From Candidatus Binatia bacterium (lineage in GTDB: Bacteria; Desulfobacterota; Binatia; Bin18), in contig OY761159.2 of assembly GCA_963664395.2 (NCBI GenBank), positions 4,736,001 through 4,800,000 of the forward strand: 64,000 bases of DNA. Direction: 5' to 3'. Shown here one piece after another: positions 37,275 to 47,135 of the stretch; positions within the stretch are counted from its first letter, which is position 1; each line of letters starts with the position of its first letter. The notes below the pieces were generated by a model, which saw only the letters and a list, made by a program, of their open reading frames with translations, was not told where the DNA came from and did not search any database. Both the position numbers and the translations under genes were made by a program.

Positions 37275-40200
37275 GTGAACGCCGTCGGTCAACGGGAAAT
37301 CCTCACCCAGCAGCGCGTGATCGCGTTCTTCCGCGACGCCCTCGGCTACACCTACCTGGGCGACTGGCAGGACCGCCCCGACAACCGCAACATCGAGCAG
37401 GATTTGCTGACCGACTGGCTCAAGCGCCAAGGGCACCCCGACGGTATCATCGCCAAGGTCCTGCGCGAACTGAACAAGGCCGCTGCATTCGGCGGCAGCA
37501 CAACACTCTACGAGGCCAACCGCGCGGTCTACGACCTGCTCCGCTACGGGGTCAAGGTCCGGCCGGATATTGGCGAGCAGCACATCACTGTCTGGCTGAT
37601 TGATTGGGAGAGCCCCGACAACAACGACTTCGCCATTGCCGAAGAGGTGACGGTCGTCGCACAGAACACGAAGCGTCCCGACCTGGTGCTGTATGTCAAC
37701 GGTATCGCCCTGGGCGTGTTGGAGTTAAAGCGCTCGACCGTCTCGGTGACCGAGGGTATTCGCCAGAATCTCGACAACCAGAAGCCGGAGTTCATCCAGC
37801 CGTTCTTCACCACCATCCAGCTCGTGATGGCCGGCAACGACACGGAAGGGCTGCGCTACGGCATGATCGAAACGCCCGAGAAATACTGGCTACGCTGGAA
37901 GGAAAAGGAAGCCGACGCCCACCCGGCTGCGGGCGACAACCCGCTGCTTCGGGAGCTGAGCCAACTCTGCGGCAAGGAGCGCCTGCTTGAGATCGTCCAC
38001 GACTTCATCGTCTTCGATGCGGGCGTTAAAAAAACCTGTCGCCATAACCAATACTTCGGCGTGCGGAAGGCCCAAGCCTTTGTACAGCGCCGGGAGGGCG
38101 GTATCATCTGGCACGCCCAGGGCAGCGGCAAGAGCCTGACCATGGTCTGGCTGGCGAAGTGGATTCGCGAACACGTCACCGACGCCCGCGTCCTGCTCAT
38201 CACCGACCGCACCGAACTGGACGAGCAGATTGAAAAAGTCTTCAAGGGTGTCGGCGAGAACATCTACCGCACGCAGAGCGGCGCTGACCTGGTACAGGTG
38301 CTCAACACCGGCGACGAATGGCTGGTCGGCTCGCTGATCCACAAATTCGGTACGTCGGAGGGGATGAGCGAAGAGGATATCGACACCTATGTCGAGGAAA
38401 TCAGGCAGAGTCTGCCCCCAGACTTCCGTGCCAAAGGCGCCATCTTTGTCTTTGTAGACGAGTGCCACCGCACCCAATCCGGCAAGCTCCACCAGGCGAT
38501 GAAGACTCTCCTGCCGGAAGCGACACTGATCGGCTTCACCGGAACGCCGCTGCTCAAGGCCGACAAGAGCCGGAGCATCGAGATATTCGGGCCGTATATC
38601 GACACCTACAAATACGACGAGGCGGCACGCGACGGCGTGGTGCTCGATCTCCGCTACGAGGCACGTGATATTGACCAGTACATCACCTCGCAGGCCAGGA
38701 TCGATCAGTGGTTCGAGAGCAAGACCCAGGGGCTGACCGATGTCGCCAAGGCCCAGCTCAAGCAGCGCTGGGGTACGATGCAGAAGGTGCTGAGTTCGCG
38801 GGACCGGCTGAGGCAGATCGTCGCCGATATCCAGCTCGACATGGAGACGTGCGACCGCCTGAAGAGCGGTCACGGCAACGCCCTGCTTGTCTCGGATAGC
38901 ATCTATGCGGCCTGTCGCTTCTTTGAGCTGTTTCAGCAGACCGACCTCGCCGGCAAATGTTCCGTCGTGACTTCCTACAAACCGGCCCCGGCAGACATCA
39001 AGGGTGAAGAGAGTGGTGAGGGGCTCACTGAGAAGCTGCGCCAGTACGACATCTACCGAAAGATGCTGGCGGCGCACTTCAACGAGCCCGAGGACACGGC
39101 GATGCGCAAGGTCGAACAATTCGAGCGGGAGGTGAAGAAGCGCTTTGTCAATGAACCGGGTCAGATGAAGCTGCTGATCGTGGTAGACAAGCTGCTGACC
39201 GGCTTTGACGCACCGCCGGCGACCTATCTGTACATCGACAAGCAGATGCAGGACCATGGCCTGTTCCAGGCCATCTGCCGGGTCAATCGCCTCGACGGTG
39301 AGGACAAGGAATACGGCTATATCATCGACTATAAGGACCTGTTCCGGTCCTTGGAGCAGGCCATCAAGGACTTTACCGGTGAGGCTTTCGACGGCTACGA
39401 CAAGGCCGACGTAGAGGGCTTGCTGAAGGATCGGCTCCAGCAGGGCCGGGAGCGGCTAGAGGAGACACGCGAGGCGGTCAAGGCGCTGTGCGAACCGGTT
39501 GAGCCGCCACGCGACACTGCGGCGTATCTGCGCTTCTTCTGTGCCGCCGAGAGCGGCAACGCCCAGCAGCTCAAAGACAACGAACCGCAGCGTGTGGCCC
39601 TCTACAAGCTGACCGCGTCGTTCCTGCGCGCTTACGCCAACCTGGCCAACGAGATGTGTGAGGCCGGCTACTCCGCTGTCGAGACACAGGAGATCAAAGC
39701 CGAAGTGGACTACTGCGAGAAGGTGCGGCAGGAGGTCAAGCTTGCCAGCGGCGATTATATCGACATGAAAATGTACGAGCCGGCTATGCGCCACCTGCTC
39801 GACACGTATATCCGGGCCGAGGACAGTGAACAGCTCTCGACCTTCGACGATCTGACGCTCGTGCAACTGATTGTCGAGCGTGGCGAAGCGGCGGTCGATA
39901 CGCTGCCAAAAGGGCTGCGTGAGAACCGCGACGCAATGGCCGAGACGATTGAAAACAACGTCCGTCGTCTCATTATCGACGAGAGGGCGGTCAACCCCAA
40001 ATACTACGAGAAGATGTCGGAACTGCTGGATGCCCTGATTCTTCAGCGCAAGCAGGAGGCACTGGACTACAAGGCATACCTTGCCAAGATTGTCGAGTTG
40101 GCGAAGCAAGTGAACCGACCGGAGAGCGGGCAGTACCCCCTCACCATTAACAGCGGTGCTCTGCGCGCGTTGTACGACAACTTAAAGGACATACAGGGTT

Positions 40201-40430
40201 TGGAACGACCGGTGAGTCAATATGCCGTAGCCGAGAGTACCGCCGACGTGGCTGAAGCCGCCGCCATAGCCCTGGATGCGGCCATCCGTAGGGTGAAGAA
40301 AGCGGACTGGAAAGGAAACAGATTTAAGGAGAAGGAAGTCCGTAACGCCATTGCGTCCATCCTCGGCTCCGCTGATGGCCTCGTTGATACGATCCTTGAA
40401 ATCGCAAAGGCCCAGCATGATTACTCGTGA
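37275..40430 (+). CDS. hsdR: type I R-M restriction subunit HsdR
   Basis: RPDLVLYVNG...ELK nuclease motif, QGSGKS, DECHR, GFTGTP, LLTGFD, QAICRVNR. Confidence 0.96.
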   Translation: MNAVGQREILTQQRVIAFFRDALGYTYLGDWQDRPDNRNIEQDLLTDWLKRQGHPDGIIAKVLRELNKAAAFGGSTTLYEANRAVYDLLRYGVKVRPDIGEQHITVWLIDWESPDNNDFAIAEEVTVVAQNTKRPDLVLYVNGIALGVLELKRSTVSVTEGIRQNLDNQKPEFIQPFFTTIQLVMAGNDTEGLRYGMIETPEKYWLRWKEKEADAHPAAGDNPLLRELSQLCGKERLLEIVHDFIVFDAGVKKTCRHNQYFGVRKAQAFVQRREGGIIWHAQGSGKSLTMVWLAKWIREHVTDARVLLITDRTELDEQIEKVFKGVGENIYRTQSGADLVQVLNTGDEWLVGSLIHKFGTSEGMSEEDIDTYVEEIRQSLPPDFRAKGAIFVFVDECHRTQSGKLHQAMKTLLPEATLIGFTGTPLLKADKSRSIEIFGPYIDTYKYDEAARDGVVLDLRYEARDIDQYITSQARIDQWFESKTQGLTDVAKAQLKQRWGTMQKVLSSRDRLRQIVADIQLDMETCDRLKSGHGNALLVSDSIYAACRFFELFQQTDLAGKCSVVTSYKPAPADIKGEESGEGLTEKLRQYDIYRKMLAAHFNEPEDTAMRKVEQFEREVKKRFVNEPGQMKLLIVVDKLLTGFDAPPATYLYIDKQMQDHGLFQAICRVNRLDGEDKEYGYIIDYKDLFRSLEQAIKDFTGEAFDGYDKADVEGLLKDRLQQGRERLEETREAVKALCEPVEPPRDTAAYLRFFCAAESGNAQQLKDNEPQRVALYKLTASFLRAYANLANEMCEAGYSAVETQEIKAEVDYCEKVRQEVKLASGDYIDMKMYEPAMRHLLDTYIRAEDSEQLSTFDDLTLVQLIVERGEAAVDTLPKGLRENRDAMAETIENNVRRLIIDERAVNPKYYEKMSELLDALILQRKQEALDYKAYLAKIVELAKQVNRPESGQYPLTINSGALRALYDNLKDIQGLERPVSQYAVAESTADVAEAAAIALDAAIRRVKKADWKGNRFKEKEVRNAIASILGSADGLVDTILEIAKAQHDYS

Positions 40431-41161
40431 CTACTCACGTTAAAAGCTACGACCTCGACATCCGGGGGATACCGGTCGAGGTCGTCCACAAGGCCATTAA
40501 GAACCTCCACATAGGCGTCTATCCGCCGAGCGGTCGGGTACGGGTTGCCGCGCCGCAGCACCTTGATGATGAGGCGGTGCGGTTGGCTGTCGTCTCACGT
40601 CTGGGATGGATTCGTCGGAAGCAGACTGAATTTGAGCAGCAGGAACGCCAATCTCAACGGGAGTTGGTAACCGGCGAAAGCCATTACTTTCAGGGCCGGC
40701 GTTACCGTCTCAAAGTGCTTGAATACGATGGCCGCCCGGCTATTCATCTGCTCAACAATACGACAATGGAGTTGCGCACTCGGCCAGGTGATGATCGAGA
40801 CACCCGGGAGGCAGTGCTCTATCGATGGTACCGCTGCCAGCTCCGCAACCAGTTGCCGGCGCTCCTCGCCAAATGGGAGCGGAAAGCTGGTGTGACGGTC
40901 GAGGATTTGCGGATCAGGAAGATGAAGACCCGCTGGGGGACGTGCAACATCGAAGCTAAACACATTTGGCTAAATCTTGAGTTGGCGAAGAAACCGGTGT
41001 CCTGCCTGGAGTACATTATGGTACACGAGATGGTCCACCTCAGAGAGCGGGCTCACAATGAGCGGTTTCGCGCGTTGATGGATCAGTTGCTGCCGCAATG
41101 GCGCTTGCACAGGGATGTCCTGAATCAGGCACCACTTGCTCACGAAGCGTGGCGTTACTGA
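40427..41161 (+). CDS. DUF45/YgjP (M48-like) metal-dependent hydrolase
   Basis: MKTRWGTC, YIMVHEMVH (HExxH), H.ERF; common position after hsdR; GTGA overlap. Confidence 0.9.
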   Translation: MTTHVKSYDLDIRGIPVEVVHKAIKNLHIGVYPPSGRVRVAAPQHLDDEAVRLAVVSRLGWIRRKQTEFEQQERQSQRELVTGESHYFQGRRYRLKVLEYDGRPAIHLLNNTTMELRTRPGDDRDTREAVLYRWYRCQLRNQLPALLAKWERKAGVTVEDLRIRKMKTRWGTCNIEAKHIWLNLELAKKPVSCLEYIMVHEMVHLRERAHNERFRALMDQLLPQWRLHRDVLNQAPLAHEAWRY

Positions 41162-41428
41162 ATGCTCCGTATTATTGAAAACGTCCAGAACGTCGTCAAC
41201 GTCCTACGATTTACCATAGAACAGCAGCATTCAAGACAAGACACTCTAACGGTCTGATAATTCGCCCAGCGTGCTTCCCTGCCCCCGGATGGGGAGCGGT
41301 CAGGGTCATCTGAAAAAAAGTTATAGAGCGGGCGGGCGGATGTTAGTATCTATCCGAATCGCTCGGTCGAACTTGACGATAATTCCGACTGTCTTGCCAA
41401 GTCTGGCGGAAAGGGTGGCATTATCACC

Positions 41429-42928
41429 ATGGCTTCGCGTGATGGGTCTGAAGCGCGGCACAGTCGAGACGGCGGCCCGGCCTCCTCGCTCTTTGGGCAT
41501 TACGAGCTTGACGCTCAGTTTTTCGACGAGACCTTTGAGTCCGAAGGGCAACCCCGCCCTCACTACCGGCTCCTTATCGACGAAATGGAGCGGATGTCCC
41601 CGGAGGAGGTCACGCGACTTCAGGAGCGCGTGACCTCCTCATTTCTCCACGAGGGCATCACCTTCACCGTGTACGGGGACGAAGAGTCTATCGAGCGGGT
41701 CATCCCCATCGATTGCGTCCCCCGCCTCGTACTCGCCCGAGAGTGGGAGCATATCGAGCGTGGGCTCATTCAGCGCGTCCAGGCGCTGAATCTCTTTCTG
41801 GCCGATGTCTACGGCAAGGGGCATATCCTTGGTGACGGTACTATACCGCGCGACTTGGTGCAGGGCTGCCCGAACTACCGCCCCGAGATGGAAGGGGTCC
41901 AGGTGCCGCTCGGAGCCTATGTGTCGGTCTGCGGGAGTGACATCGTGCGGACCGCAGACGGCTTCATGGTGCTAGAGGACAACCTCCGGGTGCCCTCGGG
42001 GGTGTCGTATATGCTCGCCTGCCGGGAGGCGATCCGGCGCTCCTTCCCGCGTGTTTTTCGTCACTATCACGTCCGGTCGGTAGACCACTACGGCCAGGAA
42101 CTCCTGCGCGTCCTGCGTTCCCTCTCGCCTCGGAAAGGAGAGGAGCCGAGTATCGCCCTGCTCACACCCGGCGTGTATAACTCGGCCTACTACGAACATG
42201 CCTTTCTGGCGCGTAAAATGGGCATTGAACTCGTCACGGGCGACGACCTGCTCGTGCGGGGAACACAGCTGTATATGCGCACCGTCCAGGGCTTGCGCCC
42301 GGTAGACGTCCTCTATCGGCGGCTCGACGATGATTTTATCGACCCCCAGTCCTTCCGCCCGGATTCCCGCCTGGGCGTTCCGGGGCTTTTTGAGGTCTAT
42401 CGGGCCGGAAACCTGGCGCTGGCCAATGCGCCCGGCACAGGGGTTGCGGACGATAAGGCGGTGTATTCGTATGTGCCGCGCATGATCCGCTATTACCTCG
42501 ACCAGGAACCGATTCTCGACAACGTCGAAACCTTTCTGTGCCGGGAACCCGAGGGGCTGGCCTACACGCTTGAGCATCTTGAAAACCTGGTGGTCAAGGC
42601 GGTGGGCGAGTCGGGCGGGTACGGCATGTTGGTCGGGCCGCACGCCAGCCGGGAGGAGCGGGAAACATTTGCCGCCAAACTCCGCACCCAGCCCGAGAAT
42701 TATATCTCGCAGCCCGTCCTGGCCTTATCGCGCGCCCCGTGCCTCATTGACGGGCGGCTTGAGGCGCGCCACGTCGACCTCAGACCCTTCGTGCTGCACG
42801 GGCAGGAGACCAGCGTGGTGCCCGGCGGGCTGTGCCGGGTTGCGCTGCGTAAGGGCAGCCTGGTGGTGAATTCGAGCCAGGGCGGCGGCTCCAAAGACGC
42901 CTGGATCATTGAGGAGGATGCGCCGTGA
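41429..42928 (+). CDS. circularly permuted ATP-grasp protein (CP_ATPgrasp, DUF404/DUF407)
   Basis: GITFTVY, VLEDNLRVPSGVSY, TPGVYNSAYYEH, VLYRRLDDDF, NAPGTGVADDK, SGGYG, RHVDLRPF, VVNSSQGGGSKD. Confidence 0.93.
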   Translation: MASRDGSEARHSRDGGPASSLFGHYELDAQFFDETFESEGQPRPHYRLLIDEMERMSPEEVTRLQERVTSSFLHEGITFTVYGDEESIERVIPIDCVPRLVLAREWEHIERGLIQRVQALNLFLADVYGKGHILGDGTIPRDLVQGCPNYRPEMEGVQVPLGAYVSVCGSDIVRTADGFMVLEDNLRVPSGVSYMLACREAIRRSFPRVFRHYHVRSVDHYGQELLRVLRSLSPRKGEEPSIALLTPGVYNSAYYEHAFLARKMGIELVTGDDLLVRGTQLYMRTVQGLRPVDVLYRRLDDDFIDPQSFRPDSRLGVPGLFEVYRAGNLALANAPGTGVADDKAVYSYVPRMIRYYLDQEPILDNVETFLCREPEGLAYTLEHLENLVVKAVGESGGYGMLVGPHASREERETFAAKLRTQPENYISQPVLALSRAPCLIDGRLEARHVDLRPFVLHGQETSVVPGGLCRVALRKGSLVVNSSQGGGSKDAWIIEEDAP

Positions 42929-43908
42929 TACTTGCCCGGGTCGCAGATTCTTTCTACTGGATGAACCGCTACCTGGAACGGGTGGAACACACCGCGCGTC
43001 TCCTTGGGTTGCAGCTCGAACGCCTCCCCTCCAGTCCGGTCCAGGAAATCGCCAATGGCTGGCGGCGGCTCTTCAGCAGTCTGGATGCCCACCCTCCAGG
43101 CGCGGATATCTATGGTGGCCCGGAGGACGATGACGATTTCTTTTTCGCCGATGGCTATACCCTGACCGACTATCTCACCTTCGATACCACTAATCCTACC
43201 TCTATCGTGTTCTGCCTGACCGCGGCTCGGGAAAACGCTCGTCAGGTACGCGACGCCCTCAGCAACGGGATTTGGTCAAGCCTCAACCGTGCCTACCTGC
43301 GCTTACGGGACACCGACCTTGTGGATATCTGGTCCAGGGAACCCGTTATGTTATACCGCGACATTGTCGAGGCGGTCCAACTCTTCGACGGCGTCTGCGC
43401 GAGTTCTCTGCGCCGGGACGCAGGCTGGCATTTTATGCGCATCGGACGATTCATCGAGCGGGCTCAACTCGTCAGCTCTCTCCTGGAGGCGCATTGTGCG
43501 AACGTCAAGGACACGACCGAGGAAGACGGTGACTGGGCGGGCCTCCTTCGGGTCTGTAATGCCTTTGAAGCCTACTGTCAGCTCCACGGTGCCCAGGTCG
43601 GGAGAGAAAAGGTGCTTGACTTTCTGGTGTACGATGCCGAGTTGTCCTACTCATTGCGTTTCGCAGTCAATCAGATCCGGGCCAGCCTGGAGGTCATTGA
43701 CCCGCCAGTCCGTGGACGCTTGCCTGTGGAGCCGTATAAAATCGTTGGGCGGCTGGATTCGGCTCTCTCCCACCATATGGTCAATCTGGTAGCCGGCGGG
43801 GGAGGCTGGTATGATCTTGCCGATCTCGTTATATTGTGTCGGAAATTTCACGAAGCCCTAGAACGGACATACGTGTATTACCCGGAAGAAGCGCGGGCTG
43901 TTTCCTGA
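42925..43908 (+). CDS. alpha-E domain protein (DUF403)
   Basis: ARVADSFYWMNRYLERVEHTAR, AARENAR, IGRFIERA conserved ER motifs; GTGA overlap with the ATP-grasp stop. Confidence 0.92.
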   Translation: MILARVADSFYWMNRYLERVEHTARLLGLQLERLPSSPVQEIANGWRRLFSSLDAHPPGADIYGGPEDDDDFFFADGYTLTDYLTFDTTNPTSIVFCLTAARENARQVRDALSNGIWSSLNRAYLRLRDTDLVDIWSREPVMLYRDIVEAVQLFDGVCASSLRRDAGWHFMRIGRFIERAQLVSSLLEAHCANVKDTTEEDGDWAGLLRVCNAFEAYCQLHGAQVGREKVLDFLVYDAELSYSLRFAVNQIRASLEVIDPPVRGRLPVEPYKIVGRLDSALSHHMVNLVAGGGGWYDLADLVILCRKFHEALERTYVYYPEEARAVS

Positions 43909-44409
43909 GTGTCTGGCGAACATGCCCAGCGTATTATGGTGAAGCCAATGCAGCCTAGCGAACCTCCTCCGAGCGGTGAAACAATTGAGGTTTCCCTGGC
44001 CTCCGACCTTTCCGCCCTTAGCACGCTCGTACAGGCCGTCCAGGAATTCGGGGCTGCCCACGATCTCAGCCAGGACCTCCAGGGCCGCCTGAACCTGGTT
44101 CTGGACGAATTGGTAACGAACAGCGTAAGCTATGCATTGCCGGAGCTTGCCGAACCCGAGCTTCGGTTACGCCTCTTCGTTGACCGGGGCGCCGTGGTGG
44201 CCCAGCTTGAGGACAACGGCGCGGCGTTCAATCCCTTGGAGGAAGTCCCAGAGCCGGATATCAGTCTGGGGCTTGCAGAGCGCCCCATCGGCGGGCTCGG
44301 GATCTTTTTTGTGAAGCAACTCACCGGCAGCAGCGCCTACGAGCGCATTGGCGGACGAAACCGTATTACCCTGAGACATCGGATTGGAGGGAAGGACAGT
44401 GACAAATGA
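43909..44409 (+). CDS. RsbW/SpoIIAB-like serine kinase (anti-sigma factor family)
   Basis: LVLDELVTNSVSYA, DNGAAFNP, RPIGGLGIFFV; exact start uncertain (GTG directly after the alpha-E stop, or a nearby ATG). Confidence 0.9.
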   Translation: MSGEHAQRIMVKPMQPSEPPPSGETIEVSLASDLSALSTLVQAVQEFGAAHDLSQDLQGRLNLVLDELVTNSVSYALPELAEPELRLRLFVDRGAVVAQLEDNGAAFNPLEEVPEPDISLGLAERPIGGLGIFFVKQLTGSSAYERIGGRNRITLRHRIGGKDSDK

Positions 44410-44749
44410 GAACACCCTATCCGTGCGAACCGAGCGAAATGAAAAGGCCATGATTGTCTGCCCGTTGGGGCGTATAGACGGGAGCAATGTGCAGATACTG
44501 GAAAGCGCTATCCAGGAACAGACCGAGGCCGGCGAGAATATCCTGGTCTTCGATTTTGAGGACCTGAACTACATCAGCAGTGCTGGCTTGCGGGTACTTC
44601 TGGTGACGGCACGCCGCACGCAGGCGGAGGGAGGGAAGACCGTGTTCTGCGGGCTGGCCGAGCACATCGCCCACGTCTTTGAAATCAGCGGGTTCAATAA
44701 CATTCTGACGGTTTGCAAGAGCCGCAGTGAGGCCCTGACTACGCTGTGA
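44399..44749 (+). CDS. STAS domain anti-sigma factor antagonist (RsbV/SpoIIAA-like)
   Basis: GRID, DF..LNYISSAGLRVLL phospho-serine motif, VFEISGF. Confidence 0.93.
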   Translation: MTNENTLSVRTERNEKAMIVCPLGRIDGSNVQILESAIQEQTEAGENILVFDFEDLNYISSAGLRVLLVTARRTQAEGGKTVFCGLAEHIAHVFEISGFNNILTVCKSRSEALTTL

Positions 44750-44778
44750 ACACTCATTCCGAAGAGAGGGGCTAGGTC

Positions 44779-45969
44779 TTGAAAACATCACCCATCCGGC
44801 TTCTCGTGGTAGACGACGAAGAAGACCTTGAACTGCTGATACGCCAGAAATTCCGTCGGCGTATCCGCCAAAGCGAATTCGAGTTTGTTTTCGCCCATCA
44901 TGGCAAGGAGGCGCTCGAAAAGCTCACCGAGTACCCCGACATTCATCTGGTACTCTCGGATATCAACATGCCGGTGATGGACGGGCTCACGCTGCTGAGC
45001 CAACTCGAAAGCACCAAGCCTGACGTGCGGGCGGTCATTGTTTCCGCCTACGGTGACATGGAGAACATCCGCACGGCCATGAACCGAGGCGCTTTCGATT
45101 TTGTGACCAAGCCGATCGACTTCAACGATCTTGAAATCACGATCGAAAAGACGCTCAAACATATACAAGCCCTGGAAAATGCCCTGGAAGCGAGGGATCG
45201 GCTCGTCGCCCTCAAGCGGGAACTTGATGTGGCCCAGCAGGTGCAGATGTCCGCCCTGCCCAAGGACCTCCCGCGCAGCGAGACCCACGAAGTCCAGGCG
45301 CTGATGACCCCGGCCCGGGAGGTCGGCGGAGATTTCTACGATTTTTTTAACCTGGGTGACACCTTGCTCGGTCTGGTCATAGCGGATGTCTCCGGCAAGG
45401 GGATTCCGGCTGCCCTGTTTACTATGATGACTCGGACCCTCCTCAAGGGTGCGGCGAGAAATTTCCCGTCACCCGCCCGCTGCCTGAGCGAAGTGAACGA
45501 GCTGCTGACCGAGGATAATGAGACGTGTATGTTCGTCACTCTTTTCTACGGGGTGCTTGACCTGCGGGACGGCAGCTTCCGTTACTGCAACGGCGGCCAC
45601 AACCCTCCCCGCCTGGTACGGAGCGATTCCCGGATCGAGGTGCTCCCTTCCACGGAGAACCTTGTACTCGGGGTGGCTCCTGGGCATGAATATCACAACG
45701 CTGAGGTCCGACTCGCCCCTGGTGATGCCCTCTTCCTGTACACAGACGGAATCACCGAGGCCCAGAACTCCAGCGAGGAGGAGTTTGGAGAAGAGCGTCT
45801 CGACGAGAAACTCGCCAGCCTCGGGCAGGCGACCGCCCGTGATGTCGTGACAGCCGTGGTTGATGCCGTGCACGCCTTTGCCGGAGACGCCCCGCAATCG
45901 GATGACATCACCTGCATCGCGATGCGCCTCGCCGCAACGCTTCCTTCCCAAGCCACTGACGATACATGA
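44779..45969 (+). CDS. REC-SpoIIE (PP2C) phosphatase
   Basis: VVDDE, LSDINMP.MDG, KP receiver motifs; VGGDFYD, ADVSGKG, NGGHNPP, YTDGITEA, SDDIT PP2C motifs; TTG start. Confidence 0.93.
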   Translation: MKTSPIRLLVVDDEEDLELLIRQKFRRRIRQSEFEFVFAHHGKEALEKLTEYPDIHLVLSDINMPVMDGLTLLSQLESTKPDVRAVIVSAYGDMENIRTAMNRGAFDFVTKPIDFNDLEITIEKTLKHIQALENALEARDRLVALKRELDVAQQVQMSALPKDLPRSETHEVQALMTPAREVGGDFYDFFNLGDTLLGLVIADVSGKGIPAALFTMMTRTLLKGAARNFPSPARCLSEVNELLTEDNETCMFVTLFYGVLDLRDGSFRYCNGGHNPPRLVRSDSRIEVLPSTENLVLGVAPGHEYHNAEVRLAPGDALFLYTDGITEAQNSSEEEFGEERLDEKLASLGQATARDVVTAVVDAVHAFAGDAPQSDDITCIAMRLAATLPSQATDDT

Positions 45970-47135
45970 TGTGCTCTGCCCGCGCCCTTTTCCGAACGGT
46001 CCTGTGCCTCGCCGCCTTGGTCGGAGTGACCTTGGAGGATGTGCGGCCGGTCGGCGCTGGAGAGCTTGTCTTCGGCCAGTCCGCAGCCCTGAGCGGACCG
46101 GCCCGCGCCCTGGGCCAGGGGATGCGCCTTGGCCTCCTCGCCGCTTTCGAGGCGATCAACCAAAAGGGCGGGATACACGGCCAGCGTCTCGTCCTGGATT
46201 CTCTGGACGATGCCTATGAACCCGAGGCGGCGATCGCCAACACCCGTGAGCTCATCCAGCGTAACGTCTTCGCCTTGGTCGGTGCGGTTGGTACTCCGAC
46301 ATCTCTGGCCGCCCAGCCTATTGCCACGGAGGCCGGTGTACCCTATATCGCGCCGTTTACCGGGGCTGAATTCCTGCGCGACGCGCAGCTGCGCCCCAAC
46401 GTGCTCAACATGCGGGCCTCGTACTATCAGGAAACCGAGGAGATGGTGGCCCGTCTGACTATGGACCTGGGCGTCCGGCGTATCGGTATCCTCTACCAGA
46501 ACGATTCCTACGGACGCGCCGGGCTCGAAGGCTTGCGCCGCGCCGTCGCCCGCCACGGCCTGCCCCTCGTCGCGGAAGCGGACTATCCGCGCAATACCGA
46601 GGCGGTCAAAGTCGCGCTGCTCGACCTGCGCCGCTCCCGTCCCGAGGCGATTGTCATCATCGGCGCCTATAGGCCCGCGGCCGCTCTGATCCGCTGGGCG
46701 AGACGACTCGACTTCAACCCGTACTTCATCAATATTTCCTTTGTCGGAAGTTCCGCCCTGGCGAGAGAACTCGGTTCTGACGGGACCGGGGTATACGTCA
46801 CCCAGGTCGTGCCCTTCCCCACCGACCCCAGCCTCCCCGTTGTCGCCCACTATCAGCAAGCCCTCGCCGCGGTGGCCCCTGAGAGTACACCGGATTTCGT
46901 GTCACTCGAAGGCTATCTGGCCGGGCGCCTGGTGGCGGAGGGTCTCCGTCTGGCCGGACCCAACCCGACCCGAGAGGGATTTTTGGACGCGCTGCAGAAG
47001 GCTGAGACCGTCAACCTTGACGGCTTCCTGCTGCGCTATGGCCCTGCCGACAATCAGGGCTCCGACCAGGTCTATCTGACCACCATCGACAGTCAGGGCC
47101 GTTTTCAGTCAGTCCAGAAAATGGTGCCGCAATGA
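45966..47135 (+). CDS. periplasmic ligand-binding protein (LivJ/Peripla_BP_6 type)
   Basis: Signal peptide; GQSAALSGP, IN..GGIHG, LDDAYEP, VGTPT, YQNDSYG; no permease or ATPase nearby. Confidence 0.88.
   Translation: MMCSARALFRTVLCLAALVGVTLEDVRPVGAGELVFGQSAALSGPARALGQGMRLGLLAAFEAINQKGGIHGQRLVLDSLDDAYEPEAAIANTRELIQRNVFALVGAVGTPTSLAAQPIATEAGVPYIAPFTGAEFLRDAQLRPNVLNMRASYYQETEEMVARLTMDLGVRRIGILYQNDSYGRAGLEGLRRAVARHGLPLVAEADYPRNTEAVKVALLDLRRSRPEAIVIIGAYRPAAALIRWARRLDFNPYFINISFVGSSALARELGSDGTGVYVTQVVPFPTDPSLPVVAHYQQALAAVAPESTPDFVSLEGYLAGRLVAEGLRLAGPNPTREGFLDALQKAETVNLDGFLLRYGPADNQGSDQVYLTTIDSQGRFQSVQKMVPQ

Noticed and set aside
41403-41420. Sigma54 promoter upstream of the ATP-grasp gene
   Set aside because: The GG-to-GC spacing is off by one base from the strict GG-N10-GC rule.
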